The position numbers were made by a program, and so were the translations under genes. Shown here one piece after another: positions 60,599-64,000 of a stretch of 64,000 nt of DNA (position 1 is its first letter; each line of letters starts with the position of its first letter). The DNA comes from Promethearchaeota archaeon (GTDB lineage: Archaea; Asgardarchaeota; Lokiarchaeia; Sigyniarchaeales; SOKP01): assembly GCA_030599585.1 (NCBI GenBank), contig JAUVNS010000010.1, forward strand, positions 96,001 through 160,000, in the 5' to 3' direction. The notes under the pieces were generated by a model. It saw nothing but the letters and a program-made list of their open reading frames with translations. It ran no database searches and was not told where the DNA came from.

Positions 60599-61495
60599 CT
60601 ATAAATTTCTAATATATTCCACCAAATAACTGGATAAAGCGTTTTCTACGTTTTTTATCCCTCTAAATCCAGGAAAATCGTTTAAATCGATTAGATAAAA
60701 ACGATCCTTATCTATTAGTTTTATTAAATCAAATCCAAAAATTTTAAGGTTAAGTTCTTTTGATAAGATTTCAGCGAGTTCTCTAATTTCTTCAGATATT
60801 TTAAATTCCTTCCTTTTAATCGTGTCAACATTGATATTATTTGGCTTATCTCTTAAAAAGATATAAATCGGATTTTCTCTTATAATACCAAAAGCTTTAT
60901 CTCCTATTACATAAACCTTCCTTTCAAATCCATCACATTCAATAAATTTCTGAATATAAATGTCGTAATATAAAAGGTGTTTATACCGATTGCAAAAGGT
61001 ATCTACTTCTTCAATCTTTCTAACTAAGAAGTTAAATCTATTATATTTGTCGTGCTGGTAATGACTTTTAATTACAATTGGAAGTTTATGTAAAGCCCAT
61101 TTTTTAAACTTTGAGAGATCTGTAGCATTATTATTCCAAGAGTTAGGAATTGAAAACTTTTTACTAATTTGAGGATGGTCTTTAAATACCCTTCTTAGAG
61201 CGTAATCAAGCGATATCTTATTTTTGCACATTAGAACGGTATCGACACTATGTAGTGTTGGAATTTTATTTGTTTTAGCGTAATGAAGTAAATCAATGGA
61301 ACAATCGTTTCTTACTTTGACTATAATTAAATCTGCTTCTTTAATCGCTTTAGGCATTCTAGAAAGGTTAAAAAACTTTTTTGTAGGATCGTGAAAGTGT
61401 AAGTTAACATCGGGTAACTTTTTAAGCTTATTTATAACACCCTTAACTATTTCGTGATCTTCCCTTGCTGAAAAAACGACATTTCTTATCATCAA
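60599..61495 (-). CDS. ATP-grasp enzyme, ITPK1-like inositol phosphate kinase candidate
   Basis: IQKFI...KVYVIGD and LKIFGFDLI...YLIDLNDFPGF resemble ITPK1 (QNFI..KVFVVG; FGIDII...IDINAFPGY). Confidence 0.65.
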   Translation of the reverse strand: MMIRNVVFSAREDHEIVKGVINKLKKLPDVNLHFHDPTKKFFNLSRMPKAIKEADLIIVKVRNDCSIDLLHYAKTNKIPTLHSVDTVLMCKNKISLDYALRRVFKDHPQISKKFSIPNSWNNNATDLSKFKKWALHKLPIVIKSHYQHDKYNRFNFLVRKIEEVDTFCNRYKHLLYYDIYIQKFIECDGFERKVYVIGDKAFGIIRENPIYIFLRDKPNNINVDTIKRKEFKISEEIRELAEILSKELNLKIFGFDLIKLIDKDRFYLIDLNDFPGFRGIKNVENALSSYLVEYIRNL

Positions 61496-61608
61496 TTAAA
61501 AATAAAGAAGCGCAGAAAATTCTTAAATTTTCCCTCAATGATTACTTTCTTTTTGTATTGTATATTTTAGAAAAATAATAATTTCTTTGAAAAAATGGAG
61601 ATATTAAT

Positions 61609-62880
61609 TTGAAAGAAAAAGTGTTTAGTAAATTTCTCAGAAGACAAGTGTTATTAATTGGTCTGCTCTACATGGGAGATTACCTTTTCTTCTTTTTTGA
61701 GCAGAATTATTTCAATACTTACTTAGATCATGTCCTCTTTTTACCAAAAATATTCATATCAATTATGGTTTCTTTATCAGCTGCAATGGGTCTCATAATA
61801 ATGCTAGTTTGGGGGATTTTAAGCGATAATACTAGGACTAAATTTGGTCGAAGACGACCTTATTTATTATTAGGAGGAATCATAGCTGGTCTAGCTATGA
61901 TGTTTTACGGATTGTCAGGGAATTATTTTATATGTCTAATTATCGATGTGGTAATTATCGGACTCGCTTCAAATGCATTTTTAGTTGCTGAACGATCTCT
62001 TATCCCAGATACATTTGAAGTTGAGAAAAGGGGACGAGCAAATGGTATTATAAACTCAATTAGTTATATAGGCTTATTAATCGGTGTAGCATTCTTTCTA
62101 CTTGTAAATGAATTATATGGAATTCCAGATCCTCGTCCAGATCCAATAGGTACAATTTTAACTCAACAAGGCCACTTTATCTTATTATCTGTTGGAGGAA
62201 TTGTATTTGCTTCAGTTGGAATCATAGGCTTCTTATTCATAAAAGAGGAACCAGTGTCAGAACTTCCGGAGAAAAAAAAGTTTTATGTTGAATTAAAGCA
62301 AATTTTTAATCTAGCAGAATTGAAATCCCATAAAGAATTCTATAAAATTCTTCTAGCATTGGTCATATTCCAATCAGGGATTTCTTCGATAATGCCGTTT
62401 TTATTTATTTTCATCTTCAATCAAGGGCTCACAACTCTGCAACTCTTATTAGGGATCGCTATCGCATTACCAGGTGTATTAGTTGCAACCATTTATTTAG
62501 GAAGATTGTCGGATAAATTTGGAAGAAAAAGATTCGTACCAATATCTATGATTATAGTAAGCATAGGATATCTTATAATGCCATTTGCTTCAGGCAATTA
62601 CATTCTATTTATAATTGGATTGCCATTTGTGTTAGTAGGTGTATTATCATTAGTAACACCCCTAAATGCGTGGTCTCAAGATTTGTTACCAGTTGATAAA
62701 CGGGGAAAATTTACAGGAATACTAAATATTGTTAACACCTTATCTCAAATTATAGGTTCCTTCGCAGGTGGCATAGTTGCTGAATTATTTGGCCTTCCTT
62801 GGATATTCATACTCGGTCCTGTCTTTTTTCTAGCCTCGATTCCACTATTTTTGAAAGTAAAAGAAACTGTAAATTTATAA
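61609..62880 (+). CDS. MFS transporter (sugar/glycoside, GPH-like)
   Basis: GILSDNTRTKFGRRRPY and GRLSDKFGRK motifs; about 12 TM. Confidence 0.9.
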   Translation: MKEKVFSKFLRRQVLLIGLLYMGDYLFFFFEQNYFNTYLDHVLFLPKIFISIMVSLSAAMGLIIMLVWGILSDNTRTKFGRRRPYLLLGGIIAGLAMMFYGLSGNYFICLIIDVVIIGLASNAFLVAERSLIPDTFEVEKRGRANGIINSISYIGLLIGVAFFLLVNELYGIPDPRPDPIGTILTQQGHFILLSVGGIVFASVGIIGFLFIKEEPVSELPEKKKFYVELKQIFNLAELKSHKEFYKILLALVIFQSGISSIMPFLFIFIFNQGLTTLQLLLGIAIALPGVLVATIYLGRLSDKFGRKRFVPISMIIVSIGYLIMPFASGNYILFIIGLPFVLVGVLSLVTPLNAWSQDLLPVDKRGKFTGILNIVNTLSQIIGSFAGGIVAELFGLPWIFILGPVFFLASIPLFLKVKETVNL

Positions 62881-63110
62881 ATAAAATTTGACTCTTTTTT
62901 CTTATTTCTTTTTTTTACTTCTTTTAGGAGTTTATGATGATTTTCATCTACAAATATCTCCAATCAAATAATTTCAATAGTGTCAAAAATATCATAAATC
63001 TAATAAATAGAAACCATCTCTATAGTTTATTTCAAGATGATTTAAATAATACTTTTTAATATAGATACTATAACGGCGACCACTATAAATTTAGAAAAAA
63101 GTTGAATAAA

Positions 63111-64000
63111 ATGACTGAAAAGGATATAAAAGTTGCAATTATCGGAGTAGGTGACGTTGCAAGCGCATTAGTTGCGGGAATCGAGAATTACAAAAAAAAT
63201 CCAGATAAGATCATTGGTTTATTACCAGAAATTACTCAATATGGAGTAGAAGACATAAAATTTGTCCTTGGTATTGATGTTAATGCTAATAAAATTGGTA
63301 AAGATCTAAGTGAAGCTATTTTTGTTGAACCAAATTGCAATAGGAAAACATTTGAGCCTGGAATTTTAGATGCTCCTGTCCTTAAAGGTCCAATATTAGA
63401 TGGTCTAAAAAGTAATATAAAAAACATTATACCTGTTATTGATACTCAAAAACCCGTAGACCTTGTGGAAGAGTTAAAAAAACGGAATGTTGATGTTGTT
63501 GTTATTTTGCTCCCAACAGGTTGCCATGAAGCGGTTAAATTCTATGCTATGGCAAGCCTTGATGCTGGAGCTTGTGTAATTAACGGTATGCCTTCACATG
63601 TAGTTAAAGATTCAGAAATTGTTGAAAAAGCTATAAAATTAGAACTTCCATTGATCGGTGACGATGTCAAGTCTCAAATAGGAGCTACTATAATACATCG
63701 ATCGTTAGCAAATCTTTTTCCAATGCGGGGAGCAATTCTTGACAGAACTATACAGCTTGATTGGGGAGGATCATCGGATTTCTGCAATTTATTAACCCCT
63801 CAATCTAATGGTGAATTAATATATGAGGAAGGAAAACGCCAATCTAAAACTGAATCGGTAATAGCAAATCTACAGAATAAGGATGATGTGGATTGTCGAA
63901 TATCTGCTGTAGATTATATCCCCTTCTTAAAGAATCAAAAAGAGGCTTATATGAGATTAGAAGGGAGAATTTTTGGTGGTGCCTCTGTGCGAGTTGATGT
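63111..64000 (+). CDS. ino1: myo-inositol-1-phosphate synthase family protein (runs off the window)
   Basis: Manual translation MTEKDIKVAIIGVGDVASALVAG...KIGKDLSEAIF...LIGDDVKSQIGATIIHR...KRQSKTESV...DYIPFLKNQK; not in the ORF track. Confidence 0.88.
   Translation, partial: MTEKDIKVAIIGVGDVASALVAGIENYKKNPDKIIGLLPEITQYGVEDIKFVLGIDVNANKIGKDLSEAIFVEPNCNRKTFEPGILDAPVLKGPILDGLKSNIKNIIPVIDTQKPVDLVEELKKRNVDVVVILLPTGCHEAVKFYAMASLDAGACVINGMPSHVVKDSEIVEKAIKLELPLIGDDVKSQIGATIIHRSLANLFPMRGAILDRTIQLDWGGSSDFCNLLTPQSNGELIYEEGKRQSKTESVIANLQNKDDVDCRISAVDYIPFLKNQKEAYMRLEGRIFGGASVRVD

Noticed and set aside
1-64000. CRISPR arrays, rRNA, transposases, archaellum/cheF genes
   Set aside because: None recognisable in this window; absence from the rest of the genome cannot be judged

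Overview
AT-rich archaeal DNA, most likely an Asgard archaeon (Lokiarchaeia/Promethearchaeota-like). This is inferred from aCPSF1/FttA, TFB, an EF-2 paralogue without the diphthamide loop, roadblock/longin/small-GTPase/gelsolin-like proteins and an ITPK1-like ATP-grasp enzyme. 1-18.6 kb: housekeeping and membrane genes, tRNA-Gln, a Zn-finger/winged-helix/appendage-like protein and two candidate structured RNAs. 19-33.6 kb: three giant multi-PAS histidine kinases built from recently duplicated modules. 33.6-54.8 kb holds the main observation: a complete chemosensory system (CheA, W, Y, B, R, C, D, one MCP) with no cheF or archaellum genes in the window. Its co-directional run interleaves eukaryote-signature-like genes (longin, mu-homology/Ig-like, gelsolin-like, roadblock-Rab-like GTPase) and ends in an RHH-HisKA-REC regulator. 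A divergent unit encodes an extra TFB, a receiver and a CheR-coiled-coil-pseudoCheD fusion. This suggests (inference) a Che pathway that outputs to the actin/membrane machinery. 55-64 kb: tRNA-Gly, a PAS kinase, pncA, LMW-PTP, uppP and a possible inositol-phosphate locus (ITPK1-like, MFS, ino1). All domain calls are by-eye motif recognition; no searches were run.
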